Shown one piece after another: positions 53,047 to 63,294 of a DNA stretch of 64,000 nucleotides (positions within the stretch are counted from its first letter, which is position 1; each line of letters opens with the position of its first letter). The notes beneath the pieces were generated by a model, which did not search any database, had not been told where the DNA came from, and worked only from the letters and a program-made list of their open reading frames with translations. The DNA is from an uncultured delta proteobacterium (GTDB lineage: Bacteria; Myxococcota_A; Polyangia; Polyangiales; Polyangiaceae): the NCBI GenBank assembly GCA_963841435.1, contig CAWJCS010000006.1, positions 256,001-320,000 on the forward strand. The letters run 5' to 3'. Both the position numbers and the translations under genes were made by a program.

Positions 53047-54172
53047 TCAGAAGAGCGAGCGCAGGGCCGAAAGGCGTGCGTCGAGCTCCGCTGGGTTCGG
53101 CGCACGCACCGTCACGTGGCCGACCTTGCGTCCCGGGCGTGGCGCTTTTCCGTAGTCGTGGAGGTGCGCGTCGGGCACGGCCAGCACGGCGGCGGCATCG
53201 GGAAGGGAGCCGATGCAGTTCAGCATCGCGCTCTCTCCGACGAGCGCTGGCGAGCCGAGCGGCAGCCCGAGCACGGCGCGCAGGTGCTGCTCGAACTGGC
53301 TCGTGACCGCCCCCTCGATGGTGAAGTGTCCGGAGTTGTGGACGCGCGGAGCGATCTCGTTGGCGAGGAGCTCGCCGCCGGCCGAAAAGAGCTCGATCGT
53401 GAGAACACCCACGTAGTCGAAGCGCCGGAACAAGGCGTCGAGGTAGCCCTCGGCGGCCCGCTGCATCGCGGGTGGGAACGTCCGGGGCCGGCGCGCGAGT
53501 GAACCGGAGAATGCCCGCATCGTGGTGGTTTTCGACCAGCGGGTAGAACGCCGTGGCGCCGTCGGCACGGCGTGCACCGACGAGGCTGAGCTCGCGTTCG
53601 AACCGCACGAAGCCCTCGAGCAGCAGGGGCACGCCGCCGAGTGCCGCGAACGCGCCAGCGATGTCGCCCGGCGCTCGGAGCACGCGCTGGCCCTTGCCGT
53701 CGTACCCGAGGCGTCGCGTCTTGAGCACGGCGGGCAAGCCCGCCACCGTGACGGCGCGCTCGAGGTCGGCCTGTGAGGAAACGTCGAAGAAGGGGGGGGT
53801 GGGGATGCCGAGCTCGGCGAAGCACGTCTTCTCGCGCAGGCGATCCTGGGCGACCTCGAGCGCCACCACGGGGGGGTGGAGCACGGTGCGCGCAGCGATG
53901 GCGCGCGCGGCGTCGACGGGAACGTTCTCGAACTCGTACGTCACAACGTCGCAGCCGGCGAGTCTGTCGAGCGCCTCCGGCGCCCCGTAGTCGAGAGCGA
54001 GATGCTCGCCGAGCTCGGCCGCGGGCGCGTCGGGGCCGGGGTCGACGAACAGGAAGCGGGCGCCGAGCGGCAGGCCGGCGAGCGCCAGCATGCGCCCGAG
54101 CTGGCCTGCGCCGAGCACGCCGACGCGTGGCCCTCGCGGGTCAGCGTCGGAGCTTCGCGGTGCGGAGGACAC
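53047..54172 (-). CDS. purK: N5-CAIR synthetase, +1 frameshift at 53477-53478
   Basis: [60 protein letters not shown]. Confidence 0.93.
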
Positions 54173-54647
54173 TTTGCCTCTGCTCGGTCCGGTAGCGCTC
54201 GAGGGCGCGCCCGAGCTGGGGCCGGCCGCGCGCGACGATCGCCGCCGCGAGCAGTGCCGCGTTGATGGCGCCCGCACGACCGATGGCGAGCGTGCCCACC
54301 GGAACTCCGGCCGGCATCTGCACGATGGAGAGCAACGAGTCGAGCCCCTTGAGGGTGCTCGATTCGACGGGCACGCCGAGCACGGGTACCCACGTTTTCG
54401 ATGCGACCATGCCGGGCAAGTGCGCCGCGCCGCCCGCGCCCGCGATGATCGCTTCGAGGCCGCGCTCGGCCGCGCTTGCCGCGTACTCGAACATCAGATC
54501 GGGCGTGCGATGTGCCGAAACGACGCTCGTCTCGTGGGGGACGGCGAGCGCATCGAGCATCTCCGAAGCGTGGCGCAGCGTTTCCCAGTCGCTCTTCGAG
54601 CCCATGATCACGCCCACGAGGGGCTTTTCGCTCGTCTTTTTTGCCAC
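54141..54647 (-). CDS. purE: N5-CAIR mutase
   Basis: [37 protein letters not shown]. Confidence 0.97.
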   Translation of the reverse strand: MAKKTSEKPLVGVIMGSKSDWETLRHASEMLDALAVPHETSVVSAHRTPDLMFEYAASAAERGLEAIIAGAGGAAHLPGMVASKTWVPVLGVPVESSTLKGLDSLLSIVQMPAGVPVGTLAIGRAGAINAALLAAAIVARGRPQLGRALERYRTEQRQSVLRTAKLRR

Positions 54648-54742
54648 GCGGAAAGGCACGCACTTTAGTGACTTATCCCACGGGCGCAAGCGTCTGAAGC
54701 GCTTCGCCAGTCTTTGGCATGGGGGCTACACTCGGCCGCCCG

Positions 54743-57700
54743 ATGGGGACCTTTTTCGTTCACGAGAGCCACCGGGTGGAGCTCCTTGCCGGCGAGCTCG
54801 GCACGCTGTTCGAGGCGCCCCACGGTGCGCCGTTCGACCCCGAGGCGATCGTCGTGCCCGGCCGGGGCATGGGCGTGTGGCTGTCGATGCAGCTCGCCCG
54901 CAAGCTCGGTGTCTGGGCGACGCCGTTTTCGTACCCGCGCGCGCTCGTCGAGCGGGTGGTGCGCGCCACGCTCGGCGACGACGCGCTCGGTCCGGAGCCG
55001 CTCTCGGAAGACCTCGTCGAGTGGTGCGTGAGAGAGACCCTGCCGAGCCTGCTCGGTGACCCGGACTTCGAAAAGCTTGCGCGCTACCTCGAGGGGGACG
55101 AGCACGGTGAGCGACTGAGCGAGCTCGCGGCGCGCATCGCGCAGGTGTTCGACCAGTACCTCACCTATCGGCCCGCGTGGATCCGCGCCTGGGAAGCCGG
55201 CGGCGTCGGCATCGTGCCCGAAGGCGAGCGCTGGCAACCGCGTCTCTGGCAGCGCGTGCAGAAGCGGCTCGCGGCGCGCCACGTGGCTCACGTCGAGGAG
55301 GAGCTCCTCGCGCGGCTTTCGGGCGCGCGAGCGGTCTGGGGGCTGCCCCCGCGCGTCTCGCTGTTCGGGTTCTCCACGCTGCCGCCGCTCTACCTGCGCG
55401 TCTTCGTGGCGCTGTCGCGGCGGGTCGACGTGCACCTCTTTCGCTTCGCGCCCGGCCGAGCGCCGACCGGCGAGGCGCGGGCGCCGGGCGGCCTCGCCGG
55501 CATAGCTGGAGTCGGGCCGCTTCTCGGGCTCGGCGCGACGGGGGACGAGCTTTCGGAGGTGCTCGAGGCAACGCTCGCGGCCCAGGGCGTTCGGGCCGAG
55601 CGTCGGCAAACGTTCGAGCGCCGGCCGGTGGCGAGCTTGCTCGAAGCGCTCACGGCGCGGCTCGGCGGCGACGCCGCCATCGACCCGGCGACGTTCCCCC
55701 TGGACGGCGACGAGCGCGCTTCGGTGGCCGTGCATTCGTGCCACGGCCCCATGCGCGAGGTGGAGGTCCTGCACGATCAACTGCTCGCGTTGCTCACGCG
55801 CACGGACGATCCCGTCGCGCCCGACGACGTGGCGGTGCTCGTGCCGGATCTCGCCGCGTACGCCCCGCTCGTCGAGGCCGTGTTCCGGCGCGAACCGGGC
55901 GATCTGCGCTTCATTCCGTTCCGCGTGGCCGACCTCGGAACGCGCGCGCGCTCGCCGGGCCTCGATGCGTTGCTCCGCGTGCTCGCCATGGTGCGCGGCC
56001 GTGTCACCGCCGCCGAGGTGACGGACCTCCTGGGGCTCGATATCGTGCGCACCCGTCTCGGTCTCGACGCGCCGGCCGCCGACCGCATCGGCGCGTGGAT
56101 CGTCGAGAGCGGTATCCGCTGGGGTCTCGACGACGCGCACCTCACGGCTCGGGGTCTCCCCGCCGCGGACGCGCTAACCTGGGAGTTCGGCTTGAGACGC
56201 CTGCTCGTCGGTTACGCATTGCCGAGCGGTGGCGTGCGTTCGTTCCACGGCGTGTTCGGCTACGACGAGGTCGAGGGCAAGGAGGCGGCGCTGCTCGGCA
56301 TTCTTGCCCACTTCGTACGGTCGCTCGGCCGCCACCTGCGCGATTGCGAGCGGCCCCGGTCGCTTTCGGACTGGGCGCTCGCGCTCGCGGACCTCGCCGC
56401 CGAGCTTTTCGGCGAGGACCCCGAGGGGCTGCGCGAGCGGGCGAGCATCGAGCTCGCCGTCGCCGATCTCGTGCGGGTCGCCTCGGCGGCCGGCTTCAAC
56501 GCCGCTCTCGACGTGCGTGTCGTTGCGCGGCTGCTCGAGCGGAGGGCCGACGCGCGCGGCGCGGAAAGCGGGTTTCTCGCGGGCGGCGTGACGTTCTCCG
56601 CCATGGTGCCGATGCGCAGCATCCCGTTTCGCGTGGTCGTGCTGCTCGGGATGAACGACGGCGCCTTCCCGCGCTCGCCTCGCCCCCTGGAGTTCGATCT
56701 GATGGCGAACGGCGCCTTTGCCCGCGAGGTCGGGGACCGCGTGCCGCGCGACGACGACCGTCAACTCTTCCTCGAGACGCTCTTCGCGGCGCGCGAGCGG
56801 CTGATCGTGACGACCAGCGGGCGTAGCGTGAAGGACGACCGTGTGATGCCCCCGTCGGCGTGCCTCGGTGAGCTCGTGGAAGCGCTCGCGGGGCCCGCCG
56901 GGACAGACGGCGCGAAGGAGCGACGCTCGGCGCTCGTCACCGATCATCCCCTGCAGGCCTTCAGTCCCGCGTACTTCGACGGCACCGAGCCGCGGCTGTT
57001 CTCCTACCGCAGCGAGTACGAAACGAGCGCCCAGAGCCTGTCGGGGCCCGCCCAACCGGACCGGCCGTTCGTGACCGAGCTCGAAGCGTTTGCGCGCCCT
57101 CGCGAGCTCGCGCTCGACGAGCTGATCCGGTTCTGGAAATCGCCGCCGACGTACCTCCTGAATCGCCGCCTCGGGATTTACCTGAAAGAACGGCGCCCGG
57201 AGCGGCGTCCTCGCGAGCCGCTCGAGCCGGACGACCTCGAGCGCTGGCACATCGCGAGCGCCCTGCTCGAAGCGCTCATCGCGGAGCCCGATCCGGAGCT
57301 CGCCGTGCCGGCGGTGGAGGAACGCTTGCGTGGCCGCGCGGCGCTCGCGGTCGGCGGCTGGGGGGGCGCCCAGCTCAGCGATCTTCGCGAGGTGTGCCAG
57401 CAGATCGCCGAGAAAGTGCGCTCGCTGCGTGGCGACGAGGTCGAAGGGCGTGAGGCCGTAGCGATCGCGCTTGCGGGCGGCACGAAAATCGCCGGCTCGG
57501 TGCCTTCCGTCTTCGGTGGCCGGCTCATCGAGCACGGCTATTCGACGCTCGATACGAGGCGGGAGCTCGAGCTCTGGATCCGCCACCTCGCGCTCTGTGC
57601 CGCCGAGGGCGCGCCCCGTCAGTCGAGCGTGCGTGTCGGTCGCGACGGCAAGAAATCCGGGACAATCGGGGTGCTGGAGCTCGTCGCCCTCCCCAGGGCT

Positions 57701-58036
57701 CGTGCCATCGAGCATCTCGAGCTGCTCGTCGAGCGCTACCTCGAGGGTCAGGCGCGTCCGCTGCCGTTCTTGCCGCCCGAGAGCGACGCGTACGTCGGAA
57801 AAGTTCGCGCGGGCAAGGCGAACGAAGGGATCGGGGCTGCCCAGCAGAAATACGAAGGGCAGGGCGGCACGCTGCAGCGCGACCCGCACCCCCAGCGGGC
57901 GTTCAATCATCGGTTGCCGCCCTTCAATCCGCTCTTCGACCGTGGCGAGCGCTCGGCCGAACAGACCCGCTTCCACGCGCTCGCGCTCGAGGTCCTCGGG
58001 CCGTGTCACGACGCCAGGGCGGAGGCAGGGTCGTGA
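54743..58036 (+). CDS. recC: Exodeoxyribonuclease V gamma subunit
   Basis: FDQYLTYRP.W, HSCHGP.REVEVL, PMRSIPFRVV.LLGMNDG.FPR, HPLQAFS. Confidence 0.95.
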   Translation: MGTFFVHESHRVELLAGELGTLFEAPHGAPFDPEAIVVPGRGMGVWLSMQLARKLGVWATPFSYPRALVERVVRATLGDDALGPEPLSEDLVEWCVRETLPSLLGDPDFEKLARYLEGDEHGERLSELAARIAQVFDQYLTYRPAWIRAWEAGGVGIVPEGERWQPRLWQRVQKRLAARHVAHVEEELLARLSGARAVWGLPPRVSLFGFSTLPPLYLRVFVALSRRVDVHLFRFAPGRAPTGEARAPGGLAGIAGVGPLLGLGATGDELSEVLEATLAAQGVRAERRQTFERRPVASLLEALTARLGGDAAIDPATFPLDGDERASVAVHSCHGPMREVEVLHDQLLALLTRTDDPVAPDDVAVLVPDLAAYAPLVEAVFRREPGDLRFIPFRVADLGTRARSPGLDALLRVLAMVRGRVTAAEVTDLLGLDIVRTRLGLDAPAADRIGAWIVESGIRWGLDDAHLTARGLPAADALTWEFGLRRLLVGYALPSGGVRSFHGVFGYDEVEGKEAALLGILAHFVRSLGRHLRDCERPRSLSDWALALADLAAELFGEDPEGLRERASIELAVADLVRVASAAGFNAALDVRVVARLLERRADARGAESGFLAGGVTFSAMVPMRSIPFRVVVLLGMNDGAFPRSPRPLEFDLMANGAFAREVGDRVPRDDDRQLFLETLFAARERLIVTTSGRSVKDDRVMPPSACLGELVEALAGPAGTDGAKERRSALVTDHPLQAFSPAYFDGTEPRLFSYRSEYETSAQSLSGPAQPDRPFVTELEAFARPRELALDELIRFWKSPPTYLLNRRLGIYLKERRPERRPREPLEPDDLERWHIASALLEALIAEPDPELAVPAVEERLRGRAALAVGGWGGAQLSDLREVCQQIAEKVRSLRGDEVEGREAVAIALAGGTKIAGSVPSVFGGRLIEHGYSTLDTRRELELWIRHLALCAAEGAPRQSSVRVGRDGKKSGTIGVLELVALPRARAIEHLELLVERYLEGQARPLPFLPPESDAYVGKVRAGKANEGIGAAQQKYEGQGGTLQRDPHPQRAFNHRLPPFNPLFDRGERSAEQTRFHALALEVLGPCHDARAEAGS

Positions 58037-61000
58037 TGCCGGTCGCTCCCTCGTCGGCGTTCGATCCGATGACGGTGCCCCTCGAGGGCAAGATCCTGGT
58101 CGAGGCGAGCGCGGGAACTGGCAAGACGCACGCCATCACGAGCCTGTTCGTCCGACTCGTCGCCGAGGCGGAGCGCACGCCCTCCGAGATCTTGGTCGTC
58201 ACCTTCACGGAAGCGGCGACGGCCGAGCTGCGCACCCGAGTGCGCGCGCGGCTCGTCGAGGCGCGCGAGAAGCTCCGGCCCGAGCGCGCGGCCGAGGCCG
58301 AGAAGGACGAGATACTCGGCCGTTTGGTGCGGGAAAAGGGCCTTTCGCCTGCCACGCTTCGCGAGCGCCTCGAGCGAGCCCTCGGGACGCTCGACGAAGC
58401 GTCGATCAGCACGATCCACGGCTTTTGCCGGCGGCTACTCCACGATCACGCACTCGGGACGCGCGCTCGCTACGACGCCGAGCTCGTCGCCGACCTGCGC
58501 GAGCTCGAAGAGGACGTGCTCTACGATTTCTTCCGTCTCAAGTTCGCGGGCGGCTCGCGCCTGCTCGCCGAGGGAATCAAGAAGAACAAGGTCGGTCCCG
58601 GCGTGCTCCGCAAGGTGTTCGACACCTACCGAAAGCAAGCGGGTGCGCGCACGATTCCCGACGCCGACCGGCTCGGGGACGGCGCGACGCGTGCCGCCGT
58701 CGAGCTCGAGCTCGAGTACCTCGACTACTCCGAACGCGAGCTCGCCGCCCGCAAGGAGCGCGCGAGCGTGCTCGGCTTCGACGACTTGCTCGAAGGCGTG
58801 GCGCGCGCCCTCACGGGCCCGGGCGGGGTCGCTCTCGGGCGGGCGCTCTCGGAGCGCTACAAGGTCGCGCTCGTCAACGAATTCCAGGACACCGACCGGA
58901 CCCAGTGCACGATTTTCGAGGCCATCTTCGCGCGCCCCGAGACCCCGCTCTTCCTGATCGGCGATCCCAAGCAGGCCATCTACGGTTTTCGCGGGGCCGA
59001 CGTGTGGAGCTACCTTGCGCTCACGCGCGACGCGCGTCGCTACACGCTCGACACGAGCTACCGCTCCGATCCCGGCGTCGTGAAGGCGGTGAACATGCTG
59101 TTCGGCGGGCCCCGGCCGTTCTTGCTCGAAGCGATCGAGCACCGCGACGTGAGCGCGCGGCCGGGCGCCGTGGATCAGTTCCAGGCCGAGCTCGCCTCGA
59201 ACGGCGCTCAGTTCGAGATCCTGTTCGTCGAGTCCCCGGCGCCGGGCGTCCCGCTTAGAAAGCCCCCCGCGCGCGCCGCAGCGAGCCGTGTGGCGGCGGC
59301 CGAGGTCGCGGCGCTGCTCGGCGGGCGCGCGACGATCGCGGGGCACCGCGTCGTCGAGAGCGACATCGCCGTGATCACGCGCACCAACTTGCAGTGTTTC
59401 GACGTTCAGGAAGCGCTCAGGCAAAAGGGCATCGTCGCCGTCGTGATCGGCGACAAGGACGTGCTCGAGTCCGACGAAGCCGAGGACCTCATCCTCGTCC
59501 TACCGGCGGTGCTCGACCCCACGAGCGGCTCGGCGCTCCGGCGCGCGCTGGCGAGCGCGCTTTTCGGCCAGACCGCCGACGACATCTCCCGGCTCGACGA
59601 CGACGCTGCGCGTTTCGAGCTCTGGGCGGAGCGGCTGCGTCGCTGGCAGTCGCTGTGGACCGAGCGCGGCTTCATGCGGATGTTTCGCGCGCTCCTGGAG
59701 GAGACCGACGCCGCGGGGCGGCTGCTCTCGCGCCCGGGCGGCGAGCGGCGCATCACGAACTTCCTGCACCTTGCCGAGCTTTGCCATCGCGCCGAAAGCG
59801 AGGAGCACCTCGGCCCTCAGGCCCTTTACTCCTGGCTCGTCGAGCAGCGCGAGGAAGGCACGGCCGCCTCCGAGCACGCCGAGATCCGGCTCGAAAGCGA
59901 CCGCGGTGCCGTGCGCGTGCTCACCGCACACAAGGCCAAGGGGCTCGAGTTTCCCGTCGTTGTCTGCCCGTTCGCCTGGGACGGGCGGCTCGCGATGGAC
60001 GACGGACCGCCGAAGCTTTTCCACGACGAGGACGGCGTTCTCGTGCTCGACCTGAACGTCAACAAGAAGGCGCCGGGTCGCGATTTTGGCCGCGTGAAAT
60101 GGGAGGCGCACGCCGAGGAGCGGCGCGTGCTCTACGTGGCGCTCACGCGTGCCAAGCACCGCGTCACGCTCCTGTGGCTCCACGCGGGCAATCTCGGGGT
60201 CAGTGCCGCCGCGACGCTGCTCCATCCTCCGCTTCGCCTCGACCCGGCGGAGATGCCGACGAGGAACTACCTCGACAAGGGCCGGAACATCCGCGGCGAG
60301 CTCGAGGGCCTCGCCGAGCGCTCGGCTGGCGTCATCACGCTCCGCAGCGTGCCCTTCACGCACGATCGTCCGGCGATCGAGCGCCCGCCCGAGGCGCGCC
60401 CGACGGCGCGTGCCCGGCGCCCGGAGCGACCCTCGCTGCCCGCGCTGCGTACGGGAAGCTTCTCGGCGCTCACCCACCGCGAGATCGTCGTCGACGAGGA
60501 CGAAGCGACGCGCGATCACGACCAGGCAGCAGAGCCGGCACCGGTGACGCCCGACGAGTCGCCGGCGCCGCCGCCCGAGCCGACTCCCGATGCCGATCGC
60601 ATCGTGCTCGACGGCTTTCCTCGCGGGCGGCGCGCGGGCGACTTTTTCCATCATCTACTCGAGAAGATCGACTTCTCGAGCGCGACGGGGCCCGAGATCC
60701 TCGAGGTCGCCAGCGACGCGCTGGGGCGCTTCGGTCTCGCCCGCGGCGAGCCCGAAGCAACGCGCGACGCCTACCTGTCGCAGGTCGTGCGGGCGCTCGA
60801 CGAGACACTCCGGACGCCGCTCTCGCCCGCTGGATCCTTCTGCCTCGCCGACATCACGCCCAAGCGGCGCCAGAGCGAGCTCGAGTTTCGCTTGCCGGTC
60901 GCGCACGAACCGGGCGGCGAGGCGCTGACGCGGGAGCGCCTGGCGGCGGCGTTTCGTGCCCACCCGAGCCCGGAGCTACCTGAAAGCTATGCCGAGCGCG

Positions 61001-61380
61001 TGGCACGCCTCGCGTTCCCGTCATTGCGCGGCTTCCTCAAGGGCTACATCGATCTCGTGTTCTGCCACGAGGATCGTTGGTACGTGGTCAACTACAAGAC
61101 GAACCACCTCGGTGACCTCGTTGCCGACTACGACCGCGCCCGTATGACGGCCGCCATGGCCGAGTCCCACTACTTTCTACAATACCACCTCTACACGCTC
61201 GCCGTCAGCCGCATCCTGTCGCGCTTCGTTCCGGGCTTCGACTACGAGCGGGATTTCGGCGGCGCGCTCTATCTCTTCCTGAAGGGGATGCGCCCCGGGG
61301 CGCCCGGCGGCATTTTCTACGAGAAGCCGCCGCTTTCGCGGCTTATTGCGCTGTCGTCGGTGCTCGGAGGCACGCCGTGA
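58036..61380 (+). CDS. recB: Exodeoxyribonuclease V beta subunit (Walker B reads NEFQD, nuclease motif reads NYKT)
   Basis: EASAGTGKT, IGDPKQAIYGFRGAD, HKAKGLEF, LYVALTRA, GYIDLVF. Confidence 0.95.
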   Translation: MPVAPSSAFDPMTVPLEGKILVEASAGTGKTHAITSLFVRLVAEAERTPSEILVVTFTEAATAELRTRVRARLVEAREKLRPERAAEAEKDEILGRLVREKGLSPATLRERLERALGTLDEASISTIHGFCRRLLHDHALGTRARYDAELVADLRELEEDVLYDFFRLKFAGGSRLLAEGIKKNKVGPGVLRKVFDTYRKQAGARTIPDADRLGDGATRAAVELELEYLDYSERELAARKERASVLGFDDLLEGVARALTGPGGVALGRALSERYKVALVNEFQDTDRTQCTIFEAIFARPETPLFLIGDPKQAIYGFRGADVWSYLALTRDARRYTLDTSYRSDPGVVKAVNMLFGGPRPFLLEAIEHRDVSARPGAVDQFQAELASNGAQFEILFVESPAPGVPLRKPPARAAASRVAAAEVAALLGGRATIAGHRVVESDIAVITRTNLQCFDVQEALRQKGIVAVVIGDKDVLESDEAEDLILVLPAVLDPTSGSALRRALASALFGQTADDISRLDDDAARFELWAERLRRWQSLWTERGFMRMFRALLEETDAAGRLLSRPGGERRITNFLHLAELCHRAESEEHLGPQALYSWLVEQREEGTAASEHAEIRLESDRGAVRVLTAHKAKGLEFPVVVCPFAWDGRLAMDDGPPKLFHDEDGVLVLDLNVNKKAPGRDFGRVKWEAHAEERRVLYVALTRAKHRVTLLWLHAGNLGVSAAATLLHPPLRLDPAEMPTRNYLDKGRNIRGELEGLAERSAGVITLRSVPFTHDRPAIERPPEARPTARARRPERPSLPALRTGSFSALTHREIVVDEDEATRDHDQAAEPAPVTPDESPAPPPEPTPDADRIVLDGFPRGRRAGDFFHHLLEKIDFSSATGPEILEVASDALGRFGLARGEPEATRDAYLSQVVRALDETLRTPLSPAGSFCLADITPKRRQSELEFRLPVAHEPGGEALTRERLAAAFRAHPSPELPESYAERVARLAFPSLRGFLKGYIDLVFCHEDRWYVVNYKTNHLGDLVADYDRARMTAAMAESHYFLQYHLYTLAVSRILSRFVPGFDYERDFGGALYLFLKGMRPGAPGGIFYEKPPLSRLIALSSVLGGTP

Positions 61381-63284
61381 TCTCGAGCCTCGGCGAGCTT
61401 TTCAAAAAGGGCGTGCTCACCGCGCTCGATCTCGAGCTCAGCGAAACGCTGATGGCGCTCACGCACGAGACGCGCGACGAGATCGCGCTCGGCGTTGCGT
61501 TCGCATCCCATGCCGTCGGCGACGGACACGCCTGCGTCGCGCTCGACGAGCTCGTGCGGCGTCGCTTCTTCGACGATGCGGGCGAGCCGCGCGGCGACGT
61601 TCGACTCCCCGAGCTGTCCGCTCTTCGCGCGGCGCTCGGCGGGAGCCTGCTCGTCGATCGGGAGCCCTCCGGCTCCGACGCGGGGCCGACACCGACGCCC
61701 GTGGCCGGAGGCGCGCGCCCCCTCGTGCTCGACGGCGACGACCGGCTCTATCTTCGTCGCTATTTCGAATACGAGGTACGGCTCGCCCGAGCGCTCCGCA
61801 AGCTGGCAGCGCCCGTCAACGCGCTCGACGGTGCGGTGCTGAAGGCGAGCCTCGCACGGCTTTTTCCAGGGAGTCTTCCCGCTGACGATCGGCAGCGTCG
61901 CGCGGCGCTGCTCGCGGCGCTGTCGCGGCTCGTCGTCGTGTCCGGGGGTCCCGGCACGGGCAAGACGTACACGGTGGCCAAGATCCTCGTGCTGGTCGTC
62001 GAGGGGATGCTTGCGCTGGGGCGCGAGCCGAAGTCGCTCCTGCTCGCGCCGACCGGCAAGGCCGCGCAGCGCCTCGTCGAAGCGTTGCGCACCAACCTCT
62101 TCTCGCTCGATTGCGACGAGCGAGTCCGCGCTTTCATGCCCTCCGAGGCAAGCACGATCCACCGGGCGCTCGGCTTCTTGCCCGGTACGCCGACGCGGTT
62201 TCGGCACGACGCCGACAACCCGCTGTCCGCTGATCTCGTCGTCGTCAACGAGGCGAGCATGGTGGATCTCGCGCTCATGACCAAGCTCGCCGAGGCGATC
62301 CGCCCCGATGCGCGCCTCGTGCTCCTGGGCGACAAGGATCAGCTCGCCTCGGTCGAGGCCGGCGCGATCCTCGCGGAGATTTACGCGACGGGGAGCGCGG
62401 GCGTCTCGAGCTCGCTCGCAGCGCGGGCACGCGAAATCGCGGGCGAAACGCTGCCGGTGCAGGACGACGCCGCCCGGGGGCCGCTCGCCGATCACCTCGT
62501 GGAGCTCGATCGCGCGCACCGCTTCGAGGATGGCGGCGCCATCGCCGAGCTCGCCCGCGCCGTGAACGCCGGTGACGCCGACGCGGCGCTCGCCTGCTTC
62601 GACCGACACGAAAACCTCGCGCTCGTCGAGGTCGAAGACGCCCGGGCGCTCGAGGCCGCGCTCGCTCCGCGCGTCGAGCAGGGTTTTCGGGCGCTGTCGT
62701 CGGGCGCGCCCCACGAACGACTCGCTCTGCTCGACACGTTTCGCGTGCTCGCCTGCCACCGCGAAGGGGCGTTCGGCGTCCGCGCGCTCAACGACTGGGC
62801 GGCGCGTCTGTTCGGCGCGGCAGGGCAGGGAGCGCTCTACGACGGCCAGCCCGTGATCGTGACGACCAACGACTACCAGGCCGAGCTCTACAACGGCGAC
62901 ATCGGCGTCGTCGCCCCGCGCGACGCCTCGGCGCCCTCGCCGCTGACGGTGCATTTTCGCGCGACGCAGGGTGGCATCCGCAGCCTCTCGCCCGCGCGCC
63001 TTCCCGAGCATCAGCCGGCGTACGCTCTCACGGTCCACCGGGCCCAGGGCTCGGAATTCCAGGAAATCGCGCTCGTTCTGCCGAGCCGTCCGTCGCCGAT
63101 CGTCACCCGCGAGCTCGTCTACACCGCCGTCACGCGGGCCCGGCGCCGCGTCACGATCTTCGGCTCGCACGCCGTCCTCCGTGCCGCGATCGAGAAACGC
63201 ATCACGCGGGCGTCGGGCCTCGCCGCACGCCTCCGGGCTTCGGATCGAGATCTTGTCTTCCAAGCGCGCTCGGGTCGAGGTTAG
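61377..63284 (+). CDS. recD: Exodeoxyribonuclease V alpha subunit (Walker B reads NEASM)
   Basis: SGGPGTGKT, APTGKAA.RL, LGDKDQLASVEAG, NGDIG, TVHRAQGSEF, YTAVTRAR. Confidence 0.95.
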   Translation: MISSLGELFKKGVLTALDLELSETLMALTHETRDEIALGVAFASHAVGDGHACVALDELVRRRFFDDAGEPRGDVRLPELSALRAALGGSLLVDREPSGSDAGPTPTPVAGGARPLVLDGDDRLYLRRYFEYEVRLARALRKLAAPVNALDGAVLKASLARLFPGSLPADDRQRRAALLAALSRLVVVSGGPGTGKTYTVAKILVLVVEGMLALGREPKSLLLAPTGKAAQRLVEALRTNLFSLDCDERVRAFMPSEASTIHRALGFLPGTPTRFRHDADNPLSADLVVVNEASMVDLALMTKLAEAIRPDARLVLLGDKDQLASVEAGAILAEIYATGSAGVSSSLAARAREIAGETLPVQDDAARGPLADHLVELDRAHRFEDGGAIAELARAVNAGDADAALACFDRHENLALVEVEDARALEAALAPRVEQGFRALSSGAPHERLALLDTFRVLACHREGAFGVRALNDWAARLFGAAGQGALYDGQPVIVTTNDYQAELYNGDIGVVAPRDASAPSPLTVHFRATQGGIRSLSPARLPEHQPAYALTVHRAQGSEFQEIALVLPSRPSPIVTRELVYTAVTRARRRVTIFGSHAVLRAAIEKRITRASGLAARLRASDRDLVFQARSGRG

Positions 63285-63294
63285 GGTCGCCGCG

